Translations under genes and position numbers: made by a program | Notes under the pieces: model-generated | What the model saw: the letters and a program-made list of their open reading frames with translations, nothing else | Databases searched by the model: none | What the model was told of the DNA's origin: nothing | Origin: an uncultured Acidimicrobiia bacterium | GTDB taxonomy: Bacteria > Actinomycetota > Acidimicrobiia > Spongiisociales > JAOTWH01 | Length of the DNA: 64,000 bases | Direction of reading: 5' to 3' | Assembly: GCA_964195995.1 (NCBI GenBank) | Contig: CAXMQS010000030.1 | Span: forward strand, 33,861-97,860 | Shown: positions 11,632 to 22,709 of the stretch, piece by piece | Numbering within the stretch: position 1 is the first letter of the stretch | Layout: each line of letters opens with the position of its first letter

Positions 11632-12966
11632 CTAGCTCGCGCCGCCATAGGCGCCTGAGCGGGCGGTGCCTGTCCAGCGCTTGCTGGCTAAGAACAGTCC
11701 GGCGGCGAACCACCAGGTCGGCTCGAATAGGACCGTCTGGGTGATCGACGCGCTGAAAGTCACGATCAGCGCCACCGCGCCGACCAGGCCGCCCCCGTAC
11801 CACAGCACGATGGCCCCCAGAGCAAGGAAGCTGGCCAGGCCGACAAGGCCGGTCTCGCCGAGGAGCTGAAGAGCGAGGTTGTGCGGCTCCTGGAGCCCCG
11901 GCGTCTGCCAGCCGACTCCGAGGCCGGCACCGCGGAGCGGATCTTCCTCGAAGAAGTCGACGTACTGCGGCCACACCTCGCCGCGGTAGTCGACAAGGTC
12001 GAGGCCGGGGTCGGTGGTGGCATCGCCGGAGGGTCCCGGACCGAGGCTCAGGTTCTGCTCCAATCTGAAGGCGACCGCATCGCCGATATCACCGCCGACG
12101 TCGGCGGGATCGGCGAGCCACAGGATGCCAAAGATGGTCATCCCCGAGAGAGCAGAAAGTCCGAGGAGGCGGCCGAGCCGCCGTATCGAGGTCTCCCTTC
12201 CCAATAGCAGCGCAACGCTCGTCGCGACGAGAGCGACACCGAGGCCAAGCCATCCGGTCCGGCTGAATGTCAGTAGGACGGCAACGGCGAGACCTCCGAT
12301 GACTGCTGTGTCGATCAACAGGCGTCTCGATCCCAGCCCCCTGACAACGGCGATGATGGAGAGCGCCAGCCACAGGTTCGTCCAGGCTGCCGAATACCCG
12401 GGGTCCTGGTGCCAGTTGGTGAGGGCAACGAAGCCGTCCTCGAGATAGGCAGTCTTGGTCACCTGGCGGACGCCGGGCCACTCGTTGGCGGCGTTGAGCG
12501 CCCAATCGCCAAGGGCTCCGGTGGTGGCAAGCTCGATGATGATTGCCGTTGCCACCATGACGGCCCCAGACCAGAAGACGGTCTGCAGCGTGCGACGCCA
12601 CATGCCCTGCCCCTCCAAGCATCGGGCCGTCACCAGCATCACGGCGCCGCCGACGCCGAGGGCGAGAAGCAGTCGGGAGAAGCGGCTGGCGTAGTCCGAT
12701 CCCGGCCAACTGATGAGGGCGCCGAGAAGCATCAACGCCAGGCCGATCGAGGCCGGTCGATGCCATGGCCATGAGCCCTGGCGCAGGCCGGCGATGGCCT
12801 GCCACGCCGCGATGACGACGACGAGAACCAAGTAGGGCTTCCACGAGATCCACGCCGCAATGAAGAAGGTATGGAGGGGAAGCAGAGCCACCATCGCCAA
12901 GAAAGCACGCTCCGGCCACGCCACGGGGCGCCGTCTTGTCGCCGACCTCAGTCCCTCAACGCTCAC
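11632..12966 (-). CDS. O-antigen ligase/Wzy_C family membrane protein
   Basis: About 12 TM segments, TFSRTGW, PLRGAGLG, PHNLALQLLGETGLVG. Confidence 0.8.
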   Translation of the reverse strand: MSVEGLRSATRRRPVAWPERAFLAMVALLPLHTFFIAAWISWKPYLVLVVVIAAWQAIAGLRQGSWPWHRPASIGLALMLLGALISWPGSDYASRFSRLLLALGVGGAVMLVTARCLEGQGMWRRTLQTVFWSGAVMVATAIIIELATTGALGDWALNAANEWPGVRQVTKTAYLEDGFVALTNWHQDPGYSAAWTNLWLALSIIAVVRGLGSRRLLIDTAVIGGLAVAVLLTFSRTGWLGLGVALVATSVALLLGRETSIRRLGRLLGLSALSGMTIFGILWLADPADVGGDIGDAVAFRLEQNLSLGPGPSGDATTDPGLDLVDYRGEVWPQYVDFFEEDPLRGAGLGVGWQTPGLQEPHNLALQLLGETGLVGLASFLALGAIVLWYGGGLVGAVALIVTFSASITQTVLFEPTWWFAAGLFLASKRWTGTARSGAYGGAS

Positions 12967-14036
12967 CCTGTGTCCCTGGCGGCTGCTGCAGCCTCGAACC
13001 GAACCTGGAAGTCATCGTCGTTGACGAGGGGCCGCACCGCCGACATGCTCGGTGCCACGCCGAGCTCGCGCAGCCCCCGGATCGCCTTCCACCGAACCCA
13101 GGCGTCGTCATCTGCCAGCCCTTGCTCGAGGAGCTCACGCACCCTCTCGGTGCCGAGGTCAGCAGCTCCGTCGATGGCCATGCGGCGCACGATGCGATGG
13201 GTGTCGACGTAGGCGTCCGCCAGGGTTGCCGCAGCGAACCCCTCGTCGGATGATTGGGCGAGCGTGGCCAGGGCCAGGCGGCGGGTCTCGGCGCTGGGGT
13301 CCCGCAGTGCGGCCGTGAGGTGGGCGCGATGGCCCTCGTCGTCGGGGTCGAGGAGGTGCAGATCTTCGAGCGAGCGGATGCGAAGGCCCTCGCCGACCAG
13401 CTCGTCCCTGGTGAGGGACGAGGCTGTGCTCGGCGGCACCGTCGGGTCGTAGAAGAGCGTCGTCACGCGATCGAGCACCTCGTCAAGCCGGTCCTCCCAT
13501 GAAGCCGACCGGGACAAACCGACCGTGACGAAGTCACCGGCAACCATGACGTCGGTGATGTCCTCGTCTCCCATTAGCTCGGCAACCCGGGAGTCGTCGA
13601 TGTCGTCGCCGCGGCGGAACCAGACACCCGGCGCCGCCGTCCCTCCGATGGTGAAACGAATCTTGCTGGGGTGCGGGGTGGCCTCGGGGACGACAGGGCC
13701 CGAGAACACGCGGTCGAAGAGGCCGCTGGCGGGGGAGTCGGCGCCGGTGACGAAGATCTCGTAGCGGCCGTCCATGATGCCGTGACGAAGTATCAGGTCA
13801 TCGTCCAGTTGGTGCTCCCACCATCCGGCATCCAGCGATGCCGACACGAGCCTGCTCAGTGAGTCGGCGTCCGTTGGTCTCCATGGCTCCGAGCTGAAGA
13901 ACTTCTTCAGCAGCGCCTTGAACAGCGCGAGGTCTTCGAATGGCAGCTGCATCGCCACCTCGGTCGTCAAATGCGCCACTGCATCGGCGGTGAGGCCTCT
14001 GGTGGCTACGGCCCCACGGCCGTCGTGTGCGGTCAT
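12963..14036 (-). CDS. Protein with Nfu/NifU N-terminal-like domain and C-terminal HEAT/PBS repeats
   Basis: EATPHPSKIRF...ITDVMVAGDFVTV...W (Nfu_N-like); DPSAETRRLA, DDDAWVRWKA, DDDFQVRFEA repeats; start uncertain. Confidence 0.7.
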   Translation of the reverse strand: MTAHDGRGAVATRGLTADAVAHLTTEVAMQLPFEDLALFKALLKKFFSSEPWRPTDADSLSRLVSASLDAGWWEHQLDDDLILRHGIMDGRYEIFVTGADSPASGLFDRVFSGPVVPEATPHPSKIRFTIGGTAAPGVWFRRGDDIDDSRVAELMGDEDITDVMVAGDFVTVGLSRSASWEDRLDEVLDRVTTLFYDPTVPPSTASSLTRDELVGEGLRIRSLEDLHLLDPDDEGHRAHLTAALRDPSAETRRLALATLAQSSDEGFAAATLADAYVDTHRIVRRMAIDGAADLGTERVRELLEQGLADDDAWVRWKAIRGLRELGVAPSMSAVRPLVNDDDFQVRFEAAAAARDTG

Positions 14037-14072
14037 TTGCCCATGGTGCCACGGGGTAGGCTCCCGCGCACC

Positions 14073-15053
14073 ATGACTCGGCCCAAAGTGTTCTCTGGCG
14101 CTCAGCCAACAGGCGATATCCACATCGGCAACTACCTCGGCGCCTTCCGCAACTGGGTCGCCATGCAGGCAGATCATGACTGTGTCTATTGCATCGTCGA
14201 TCTTCATGCCATCACCACCACGATGGACCCCATGGAGCTGAAGAGCAACAGCCGCCAGACGGCCAAGCTCTTCCTGGCGATGGGTGTCGACGCCGATGCT
14301 TCGATCCTCTTTGTGCAGAGCGCAGTTGCCCAGCACGCCGAGCTGGCATGGGTGCTCGGAACCTTGACATCGATGGGCTCGCTCAATCGGATGACCCAGT
14401 TCAAAGAAAAGTCGGACAAGCACGGCGCCATGCTCGGCCTCTTCGCCTACCCGGTGTTGCAGGCAGCAGACATCCTGCTCTATCGAGTGAACGCGGTTCC
14501 CATCGGGGAGGATCAGAAACAGCACCTCGAACTGACGCGAGATGTTGCCGAGCGCTTCAACAATCGATACGGGGACATCTTCCCCCTGCCCGAGCCAGTT
14601 ATCCCCGAGATCGGCGCCAGGGTGATGTCGCTCCAGGATCCGAGCGCCAAGATGTCCAAGTCAGAAGACAATGAGTCGTCGCGGATCGGGTTGCTTGATC
14701 CGCCACAAGTGGTTGCCAAGAAGCTCGCCCGCGCAGTAACCGATTCCGAATCCGAGATCCGTTATGACCCCGAAACCAAGCCGGGAGTCTCCAATCTGCT
14801 CGAGATCATGTCGCTGTTCGCGAGCCGTTCGATCGACAGCCTTGTCGGCGAGCTGGCCGGGTCGGGCTATGGCGATCTCAAGACAATGGCGGCCGAAATC
14901 ACGAATGCGAGCCTGGCGCCCATCCAGGACCGCTACAACGCCCTTTCGGACGCTCGGGTCGACGACATCCTCGAGGCGGGTGCCGAGCGGGCTCGGGCCC
15001 AGGCGTCGGCCACGTGGGGCATTGTCAAGGCCGCCGTCGGCCTGTCCAACTGA
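14073..15053 (+). CDS. trpS: Tryptophanyl-tRNA synthetase
   Basis: [33 protein letters not shown]. Confidence 0.97.
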   Translation: MTRPKVFSGAQPTGDIHIGNYLGAFRNWVAMQADHDCVYCIVDLHAITTTMDPMELKSNSRQTAKLFLAMGVDADASILFVQSAVAQHAELAWVLGTLTSMGSLNRMTQFKEKSDKHGAMLGLFAYPVLQAADILLYRVNAVPIGEDQKQHLELTRDVAERFNNRYGDIFPLPEPVIPEIGARVMSLQDPSAKMSKSEDNESSRIGLLDPPQVVAKKLARAVTDSESEIRYDPETKPGVSNLLEIMSLFASRSIDSLVGELAGSGYGDLKTMAAEITNASLAPIQDRYNALSDARVDDILEAGAERARAQASATWGIVKAAVGLSN

Positions 15054-16582
15054 TGTCGCTCTCCGTCTTGGTTGTCGACTTCGGGGCTCAGTACGCCCAG
15101 CTGATCGCAAGGAGGGTCCGTGAGGCTCACGTTCACTCCGAGATCGTGCCTCGCACGATCACCGCCTCCGAAGTCAAGGCGAGGGATCCGATCGCGTTGA
15201 TACTGAGCGGTGGCCCGGCCTCGGTCTACTCAGACGATGCCTACGAAATCGATCCCGACATCCTGAGCTTGGGGCTTCCCATCCTTGGCATCTGCTACGG
15301 CCACCAGGTGCTTGCTCAAGGGTTGGGCGGTGTCGTTGAGCAGACGGAGACGGCCGAGTACGGCAGAACCGGCCTGCAGGTCAGCTCGGATGGCGGCCTA
15401 TTCGCCGGCCTTGGCAGTGACCTCGAGGTGTGGATGAGCCATAGAGACGCGGTCACCGTCGCCCCACCTGGGTTCGTGGTGACAGCCTCTTCCGGATCCA
15501 GCCCGGTCGCCGCCATGGAGGACCCCAGCCGTGATCTGTGTGGCGTGCAGTTCCATCCCGAGGTAGCCCATACTCCCCAGGGACAGTCGATCCTCGAGAA
15601 GTTCCTTTATGGGGTCGCCGGCGCCATGCCAACGTGGACCCACACCAGCATCATCGAGGGGGCCGTTGCTCGGATCCGGGAGGCGGTCGGTGATGAGCAG
15701 GTCATCTGTGGCCTATCGGGTGGCGTCGATTCTGCTGTCGCCGCAGCGCTCGTCTACAAGGCGGTGGGGGACCAGCTGACCTGCGTCTTCGTGGATCATG
15801 GATTGTTGCGTAGAGGCGAGGCGGAGGAAGTCGAGCGCACCTTCCGTCAGCACTTCCACATGAATCTGGAGCTCGTAAAGGCAGAGGACCGTTTCCTCGA
15901 TCGCCTCGCAGGGGTGATTGACCCCGAGGCGAAGCGGAAGATCATCGGAGAGACGTTCATTCGCGTTTTCGAGGAGGTTGCCGCCCGCTACTCGGAGGCC
16001 CGATTCCTCGTCCAGGGGACCCTCTATCCCGACATCATCGAATCGGGGACATCCGACGCCGCCAGGATCAAGAGTCATCACAACGTCGGGGGCCTTCCCG
16101 AGGACATGGCTTTCGAGCTGATTGAACCGCTCCGGGATCTGTTCAAGGACGAGGTGCGAGCCGTGGGGGAGGAGCTCGGCTTGCCTCAGGAGATCGTGTG
16201 GAGGCAGCCGTTCCCCGGGCCCGGCCTTGCGGTCCGCATCATCGGTGAGGTCACCAAAGCGAAATGCGAGCTGCTTCGCTCAGCAGACGCCATCGTCACC
16301 GAAGAGATACGGCGCGCCGGGCTGTACCGCGACATCTGGCAATCCTTCGCCGTCCTACCTGACATCCGGACCGTTGGGGTGCAGGGCGATGAGCGCACCT
16401 ACGCCTACCCCCTCATCTTGCGGGCGGTCACATCGGATGACGCGATGACGGCAGACTGGGCGCGATTGCCCTATGAGCTCCTGGAGACGATCTCTTCGCG
16501 CATCATCGCCGAGGTGCCCGACATCAATCGGGTTGCCTACGACATCTCCTCCAAGCCCCCGGCAACCATCGAGTGGGAGTAG
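15053..16582 (+). CDS. guaA: GMP synthase (glutamine-hydrolysing)
   Basis: [40 protein letters not shown]. Confidence 0.98.
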   Translation: MSLSVLVVDFGAQYAQLIARRVREAHVHSEIVPRTITASEVKARDPIALILSGGPASVYSDDAYEIDPDILSLGLPILGICYGHQVLAQGLGGVVEQTETAEYGRTGLQVSSDGGLFAGLGSDLEVWMSHRDAVTVAPPGFVVTASSGSSPVAAMEDPSRDLCGVQFHPEVAHTPQGQSILEKFLYGVAGAMPTWTHTSIIEGAVARIREAVGDEQVICGLSGGVDSAVAAALVYKAVGDQLTCVFVDHGLLRRGEAEEVERTFRQHFHMNLELVKAEDRFLDRLAGVIDPEAKRKIIGETFIRVFEEVAARYSEARFLVQGTLYPDIIESGTSDAARIKSHHNVGGLPEDMAFELIEPLRDLFKDEVRAVGEELGLPQEIVWRQPFPGPGLAVRIIGEVTKAKCELLRSADAIVTEEIRRAGLYRDIWQSFAVLPDIRTVGVQGDERTYAYPLILRAVTSDDAMTADWARLPYELLETISSRIIAEVPDINRVAYDISSKPPATIEWE

Positions 16583-16594
16583 CGAGCGCATCGG

Positions 16595-16718
16595 GGCCTT
16601 TGGGCCATGAGCTTTGACCCTGGGGCGATCTCTTCTCAGCCCCCAAGCTGAGGCCCTCAGATGCAGCGAATCACGGCCCTTGCCCACAGCCCGATGCCAA
16701 GAGCTCCGAGCCAGAAAC
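16595..16718. repeat. Degenerate 7-bp periodic repeats in opposing orientations
   Basis: GGCCTTT GGGCCAT GAGCTTT ... GCCCACA GCCCGAT GCCAAGA GCTCCGA GCCAGAA. Confidence 0.45.
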
Positions 16719-16782
16719 TGGGTTTCTTGCTCCTCAAGCCGTGCCCAGGAACCGCCGATACCTCAGTCAGTAGCTACACGAG

Positions 16783-18975
16783 GTGCCCTTGTCGTTTTCT
16801 GACGACGCAGAACTCCGCGAATTGTTCCGCCAAGAGGTGGATGAGCGAGTCGCGCGACTCATCGAAGGCTCCCAGGCTCTCGCCGAGGGGGACGTCGTCG
16901 ACGATGTTGCTGGGACGATGTTCCGCGAGGGCCACACCATCAAGGGAACAGGCCGGGTCATGGGTTTCGTTGCCATCTCCCGTGCCGGTCAGGCATTGGA
17001 AGGGGTATGGCAACAGCTTCAGCACGGTGACATCCAGTCGAGTCCTCCCCTGGCCGCCGCCCTGGAGCAGCTGGCGCGGTCGATTCCGGACGCCCTCGAT
17101 GCCGACGCAGAGGCAGGGAGTCCCGAGCTAAACGCCGCGATCGCCGCGCTCAATGACGTGATGAGTGGGGTTCCGGCCGAATCTCCGCCGGTTGAACCTC
17201 CTGCCGTTCAGACTCAACCCGTCGCAGCAGACGCCGAACCGGAAACGACGCAAGCTGCGGCAGTGATAGCGGCCGAGTCCTCTGCGGAGCAAGTTTCCCC
17301 TGAACCCGTTGCCGCAACGCAGATGGACACGGATCTGAGCACAGTGCCAAGCGAGGAGGTCGATGAGGTCCTGGAGCTCGGTGGTCTACTCGGCGCTCTC
17401 GACACCTGGGCATCGGAGGAGATGACTCGAGTCAACGCAGCCCAGATGTACCGCCTCATCAACACCGTCGCGTCGCTCGACCTTCATGCGCAGGCCCTGC
17501 GTTCCATGATCATCGACGTCGCCGACGCGGTTGAGGCCTCCGGAACGGACGACCGGGCAGTCCAGCAGATCGCCTCGGGTATAACGGCGCTGGAACAGTC
17601 GGTGCGTCGGGCCCGTGAGTACGCCCTTCACCTGGCGGCCGCGCAGCTTCGTGACGTCACAGATACTTTCCCGCAGTTGGTCACTTACCTCGCCAAGAAG
17701 ACGGGCAAGGATGTTCGCTTCGAGCTGATCGGAGACGAGTGTGGGGTCGACCGCCAGATAGTCGAGCGCCTTGGCGACCCTCTCCGACAACTCATCGTCA
17801 ATGCGATCGAGCACGGAATCGAGACACCGGCTGAGAGAGCCAGCGCGGGCAAGCCATCGACGGCGACCCTCTCAGTGCGTGCTGCCATCAAGGATCACAG
17901 GATGGAGATCATCGTCGAGGACGACGGTCGTGGAATCGATTGGGAGGCAGTGCACACCAGGGCTCGCCGTCGCGGCCTGCTTCCGGAAGACTCTCCGTTC
18001 GATGAGGGCGCGGCTAGAGCGTTGCTCTTCGCCCCTGGGTTCTCGACGACTGACACCGCCTCAGAACTGGTCGGTGATGGCAATGGCCTCACGATGGTGG
18101 CCGAGCGGATAGAGGATCTCCACGGCTCGCTCGAGCTTGACACCGAGCTGGGCGTCGGGAGCAAGATGACTATCGCCGTGCCGACATCACGAGCCCTCCA
18201 GGATGCGCTCATCGTGCGCGCAGGCGGACAGCAATGGGGCTTCCCGGAGGCTGCGGTCGCGGACGTAGTCGAGCTGGCAGCGGATGTTCGCGCAAGTGGT
18301 CGGCAGGAGATCATGTGGATGGACCAGCTCATCCCGCTCTATGACCTTGCAGCCGTCGTTGGGTTGCGAGTCGCCGACGAGCCTCGTCACGCCGTCGTCC
18401 TGAGGAACCCTCTCGGTGCCACCGCCCTTGCTGTTGCCGAAGTCGTGGGACAGCGCCAGATAGCCGCCAAGGAACTCGGACCCCTGCTCGGGGGGTCGCC
18501 GCACCTCACGGGTGCCGCCCTTCTTGGTGGTGGAGACGTGGTCGTGCTCGTTGAGCCGAACCGACTCCAAGAGCGGGCCAGGGCAGTCGATGACAACGTG
18601 TCTCCAGCGTTGAGTGTTCTCGTCGTCGACGACTCCCAGGGAGCTCGCCAGGTTCTCGCAGGCGCCTTGGCGTCAACCGGGTTTGAGGTGCACGTCGCCG
18701 GTGGCGCCGAAGAGGCGCTGGCTTCGCTGGCGCTCCAGCCCGTAGATGCTCTGGTCGTCGACTTCTCGATGCCAGGTACCGATGGGGTCGATCTGGTGAA
18801 CTCTGTGCGCAAGCTGAACCTCGATCTGCCGATCGTGATGCTGTCTGGAGTCGCCACCCACGAGGACCAGGAGCGGGCACGGCTCTCTGGCGTCGATGCC
18901 TACTTCGACAAGGCTGATTTCCGGGAGGGCGCGTTGGCGGAGACGCTGCGCGACCTGATTGAGAGCCGATCATGA
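16783..18975 (+). CDS. CheA-like hybrid kinase (Hpt-linker-HATPase-CheW-REC)
   Basis: Hpt FREGHTIKG; QLIVNAIEHGIE; EDDGRGID; FAPGFST; CheW-like GAALLGGGDVVVLV; REC LVVDDS/DFSMPGTDG. Confidence 0.9.
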   Translation: MPLSFSDDAELRELFRQEVDERVARLIEGSQALAEGDVVDDVAGTMFREGHTIKGTGRVMGFVAISRAGQALEGVWQQLQHGDIQSSPPLAAALEQLARSIPDALDADAEAGSPELNAAIAALNDVMSGVPAESPPVEPPAVQTQPVAADAEPETTQAAAVIAAESSAEQVSPEPVAATQMDTDLSTVPSEEVDEVLELGGLLGALDTWASEEMTRVNAAQMYRLINTVASLDLHAQALRSMIIDVADAVEASGTDDRAVQQIASGITALEQSVRRAREYALHLAAAQLRDVTDTFPQLVTYLAKKTGKDVRFELIGDECGVDRQIVERLGDPLRQLIVNAIEHGIETPAERASAGKPSTATLSVRAAIKDHRMEIIVEDDGRGIDWEAVHTRARRRGLLPEDSPFDEGAARALLFAPGFSTTDTASELVGDGNGLTMVAERIEDLHGSLELDTELGVGSKMTIAVPTSRALQDALIVRAGGQQWGFPEAAVADVVELAADVRASGRQEIMWMDQLIPLYDLAAVVGLRVADEPRHAVVLRNPLGATALAVAEVVGQRQIAAKELGPLLGGSPHLTGAALLGGGDVVVLVEPNRLQERARAVDDNVSPALSVLVVDDSQGARQVLAGALASTGFEVHVAGGAEEALASLALQPVDALVVDFSMPGTDGVDLVNSVRKLNLDLPIVMLSGVATHEDQERARLSGVDAYFDKADFREGALAETLRDLIESRS

Positions 18976-19949
18976 AGATCCTCATCGCAGACGACAGCGC
19001 GGTACTTCGTGCAGCTGTCATGAAGTTGCTGGTGGCAGATGGCTACGAGGTGGTAACGGCGGAAGATGGCGTCGACGCCATCACGAAGTTCTACGAGGAG
19101 CGACCCGACCTGGTACTTCTCGACGTGCAGATGCCCAAGCTCAACGGCTACGTCGTATGCCGTCTTCTCAAGGAAGATCCCGGCGCGGCCGTCATCCCGA
19201 TCCTCATCCTGACCGTCCGCAACTCTGCCGAGGACCGGTACTGGGGGGTCAAGTCGGGCGCCAACGGCTACCTCACGAAGGACGCTCTTGGCGATGAGCT
19301 GCTGGTCGCAGTTCAGTCGGCACTGGCTTCGCAGGCCCTGCGAGAGTTGACTACGGGTGCGGATCTGTCTCCGCCAGCAACAGGAGAGGCCGATGTGCTG
19401 ACCCGGGTTTGCGAGATGCTCGATCGCAAGCTCTTCGAAGCCACCGTCATCAACGAGATAACCGCCGTCGCCATGAGGCCGATCGGGATCACCGAGAGCA
19501 TCGAGGAGATCCTCACCAGCCTTGGTCGGCTCATCGCCTTCGACGGCGCTGCCGTCGTTCTCCTCGAGGCTGCGCAAATGGAGGTGGTCACCAAGAATGC
19601 GCTGACAGAACCCGATAAGGACGCTTTCAACGAGCTCGCAGCGGAGCACCTGGCTCGGCTCGACAAGAGCATCGCCCTGCCTCCATCGAAGACGACCGTG
19701 CTTTTCGATGACACCGTCGCCGAGAGGGACAGGGGCTGGGAGACCTTCCACAGCGTTCCACTACGCAGTCGTGGCCAGCTCATCGGCATGCTGGCATTCG
19801 GCATGCACAACCCTGGTGCGATAACCGACGCCATCACCGCGACAACGCGGACGGTTACCCCGGCCATAGTTTCGGTGCTGGAGTCAGCGAAGGACTTCCA
19901 GGCCAAGCTGACCTCAGAGGCTCGGGCCACCTTCTCCAGCCTCGCCTAA
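18972..19949 (+). CDS. Response regulator: REC plus GAF-like domain, no recognisable output domain
   Basis: ILIADDS, LLDVQMPKLNG, YLTK; C-terminal SVPLRSRGQLIGML is GAF-like; 4-bp overlap with the CheA-like gene. Confidence 0.8.
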   Translation: MKILIADDSAVLRAAVMKLLVADGYEVVTAEDGVDAITKFYEERPDLVLLDVQMPKLNGYVVCRLLKEDPGAAVIPILILTVRNSAEDRYWGVKSGANGYLTKDALGDELLVAVQSALASQALRELTTGADLSPPATGEADVLTRVCEMLDRKLFEATVINEITAVAMRPIGITESIEEILTSLGRLIAFDGAAVVLLEAAQMEVVTKNALTEPDKDAFNELAAEHLARLDKSIALPPSKTTVLFDDTVAERDRGWETFHSVPLRSRGQLIGMLAFGMHNPGAITDAITATTRTVTPAIVSVLESAKDFQAKLTSEARATFSSLA

Positions 19950-20002
19950 GGGCTCCGCCTAGGGGGCCAGGGACAGCGCGGGGTCGTTCGTACACTTCCT
20001 CG

Positions 20003-22183
20003 ATGGTCTCCTCCATCTTCGACGATCTCAATCCGTCACAGCGCGAGGCCGTTGCCACGACCGATGGCCCGTTACTTATCGTCGCCGGCGCCGGCTCCGG
20101 CAAGACGCGAGTCCTGACCCACCGCATTGCCCATCTGATCGAAGACCTCGCGGTCTCTCCCTATCAGATCTTGGCGATCACCTTCACCAATAAGGCGGCC
20201 GACGAGATGAAGGACCGTCTCAGGGAGCTGGTCGGTGATGTGGTCAAAGGCATGTGGGTCTCGACGTTCCACAGCGCCTGTGCCCGCATCCTGCGTAGAG
20301 AGGCCCACCGCTTCGGCTACAAGTCGTCCTTCTCGATCTACGACGCCGCCGATTCCCTGCGGCTGATCACTTACTGCGTACGCGACCTCGAGCTCGACCC
20401 CAAGCGGTTTCCTCCAAAGGGCATCAGGGCTCAGATCTCCAACGCCAAGAACGAGTTGATCGATTACGAGACTTTCGCTCAGCAGGGGGATGGGCTCTAC
20501 CACGAGAAGGTCGCCGACGTCTACAGGATGTACCAGCAGCGCCTGCTGGAAGCGTCGGCCATGGACTTCGACGACATGCTGATGGTGACAGTCGAGCTGC
20601 TCGGCGCTTTCCCCGAGGTGCTGGAGACCTACCAGAATCGCTTCAGCCACATCCTCGTCGACGAGTATCAGGACACCAACCACGCCCAATATGTCCTCAT
20701 CTCGAAGCTGGCAGCCAAGCACAAGAACCTCTGCGTCGTTGGCGACTCGGACCAGAGCATCTATGCGTTTCGAGGGGCCGACATCCGCAACATCATGGAG
20801 TTCGAGCGCGATTACCCGGACGCCAGGGTGGTGACGCTGGAACAGAACTACCGCTCAACGGAGGTCATCCTCGAAGCCGCCAACTCCGTCATCGCCAACA
20901 ACACGGCCCGCAAGCCCAAGCGGCTGTGGACCGACCTGGGGAGGGGAGACGAAGTAGTTGTCTTCGAGGGCCAGGATGAGCGCGACGAGGCGGCGTTCGT
21001 TGCTGAGGAGATCGGCTCGCTCGAGGACGATGGCACCAAGCTCTCGGACATCGCCATCTTCTACAGGACCAACGCCCAGAGTCGAGTCATCGAGGAAGTG
21101 TTCGTTCGCTTCGGGATCCCTTACCAGGTGATCGGTGGGCCGAAGTTCTACGACAGGAGAGAGGTCAAGGATGTCATCGCTTATCTACGGGTGCTGGTCA
21201 ACTCTGCAGACACTGTCGCAGTTAAGCGAATAGTCAATGTTCCCAAGCGCGGGATCGGCAGCACCACTATCGGCCATCTCGATAGGGCCGCTGAAGCCGG
21301 AGAGATGAGCTTCTGGGAGGCACTCGAGGTTGCCGGCGATAACGGGCGACTCAACGCGCGAGCGCAAAGGCAGATCGCCGAGTTCATGAGCCTCATGGGG
21401 TTCCTCCGTGACAAAGCGGAAGACGGTCCGCGAGCTGCGCTAGAAGCCATCGGGACCGAGACTGGATACATCGATGAGCTGAACCGCGAGGGCACGATCG
21501 AGGCACTGGGTCGCATCGAGAACATCAAGGAGATCATCACCGTCGCCGAGCAGTTCGAGGAAGCGGGACCCGGCCTTGTCTTCGAAGGTCGCGGCTGGGA
21601 TGAGCTCAACGGGATCGAGCGCATCGAGCGATTCCTCGAGTCCGTCAGCCTCGTTGCGGATGTGGACGAGCTCGACGGAGCCAGCCAGGCCGCAACGTTG
21701 ATGACCCTGCACAACGCCAAGGGCCTGGAGTTCCCGGTGGTGTTCATCACCGGCCTCGAGGAGGGCGTCTTCCCCCACATGCGGTCTCTTGGCGATCCCG
21801 ACCAGCTGGAGGAAGAGAGGCGGCTCGCCTATGTCGGCATCACCAGGGCACAGCGCAAGTTGTACTTGGCTCATGCCTGGAGCCGCAATCTGTGGGGCGG
21901 CACCAACTACAACTCGTCGTCCCGGTTCCTAGCCGAGCTTCCGTCATCCATTACGACGGAGGCCAAGCGGCAGCGTCGTTCGGACATGGAGGAGAAGACC
22001 CCTCGCAGCACCATTAGCGGAGACGAGCTCATCGTCGGCGATCGGGTCAGGCATGAACACTGGGGCGCGGGGACCGTGACCGAGATATTGGGGTCCGGAA
22101 CGCGCGCCGAGGCCGTCGTCGGTTTCGACGGAGAGGGCGACAAGCGCCTGCTGCTGGCCTGGGCGCCCTTGGAGAAACTCTAA
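20003..22183 (+). CDS. pcrA: ATP-dependent DNA helicase PcrA/UvrD
   Basis: [44 protein letters not shown]-terminal Tudor-like domain. Confidence 0.97.
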   Translation: MVSSIFDDLNPSQREAVATTDGPLLIVAGAGSGKTRVLTHRIAHLIEDLAVSPYQILAITFTNKAADEMKDRLRELVGDVVKGMWVSTFHSACARILRREAHRFGYKSSFSIYDAADSLRLITYCVRDLELDPKRFPPKGIRAQISNAKNELIDYETFAQQGDGLYHEKVADVYRMYQQRLLEASAMDFDDMLMVTVELLGAFPEVLETYQNRFSHILVDEYQDTNHAQYVLISKLAAKHKNLCVVGDSDQSIYAFRGADIRNIMEFERDYPDARVVTLEQNYRSTEVILEAANSVIANNTARKPKRLWTDLGRGDEVVVFEGQDERDEAAFVAEEIGSLEDDGTKLSDIAIFYRTNAQSRVIEEVFVRFGIPYQVIGGPKFYDRREVKDVIAYLRVLVNSADTVAVKRIVNVPKRGIGSTTIGHLDRAAEAGEMSFWEALEVAGDNGRLNARAQRQIAEFMSLMGFLRDKAEDGPRAALEAIGTETGYIDELNREGTIEALGRIENIKEIITVAEQFEEAGPGLVFEGRGWDELNGIERIERFLESVSLVADVDELDGASQAATLMTLHNAKGLEFPVVFITGLEEGVFPHMRSLGDPDQLEEERRLAYVGITRAQRKLYLAHAWSRNLWGGTNYNSSSRFLAELPSSITTEAKRQRRSDMEEKTPRSTISGDELIVGDRVRHEHWGAGTVTEILGSGTRAEAVVGFDGEGDKRLLLAWAPLEKL

Positions 22184-22316
22184 GGGCCACGGCTTCGCTG
22201 CAGCAGCTGTGGGCTGTGGGGCCACAGCCTTTCGGCCCAGAGTCCACAGCCAGCGGAGCGATCGCCGCCCCTTCTCGCCTTCCCGCAAGCGCGGTCGAGG
22301 CGGTAGCCTCGAATAC

Positions 22317-22709
22317 ATGCCAATCCGCGTCCTCATCGCCAAGCCGGGCCTCGACGGCCATGACAGGGGAGCCAAGGTCATCGCCAGAGCGCTGCGCGAT
22401 GCCGGCGTCGAAGTCATCTATTCGGGCCTGCATCAGACGCCCGAGCAGATCGTGGAGACCGCCATCCAGGAGGACGTCGGCGGCGTCGGCCTTTCTGTGC
22501 TGTCCGGTGCTCACATGACGCTGTTCCCGCGAGTCGCCGAGTTGCTTGCCGAACGCGGCGCGACCGACGTTGTCGTATTCGGTGGAGGAATCGTCCCGGA
22601 CGCGGATATCGCCGAACTCAAGTCGAAGGGCCTCGCCGAGGTCTTCACTCCGGGAACTCCGCTGGCAACTGTCACCGACTGGGTGCACGCCCACGTTCCG
22701 GAGCGGTAG
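22317..22709 (+). CDS. Stand-alone cobalamin-binding subunit of an acyl-CoA mutase (methylmalonyl-/isobutyryl-CoA mutase small subunit)
   Basis: [10 protein letters not shown] (DxHxxG), SVLSGAH, GGIVP, FTPGT. Confidence 0.92.
   Translation: MPIRVLIAKPGLDGHDRGAKVIARALRDAGVEVIYSGLHQTPEQIVETAIQEDVGGVGLSVLSGAHMTLFPRVAELLAERGATDVVVFGGGIVPDADIAELKSKGLAEVFTPGTPLATVTDWVHAHVPER

Noticed and set aside
14037-14525. Long N-terminal extension of the Nfu/HEAT ORF (similar extensions on the GNAT, Nudix and bioY ORFs)
   Set aside because: Overlaps divergent real genes antisense; downstream starts fit the families better
16560-20000. Genomic island integrated at the guaA 3' end
   Set aside because: No integrase, no duplicated att sequence, and no obvious compositional shift
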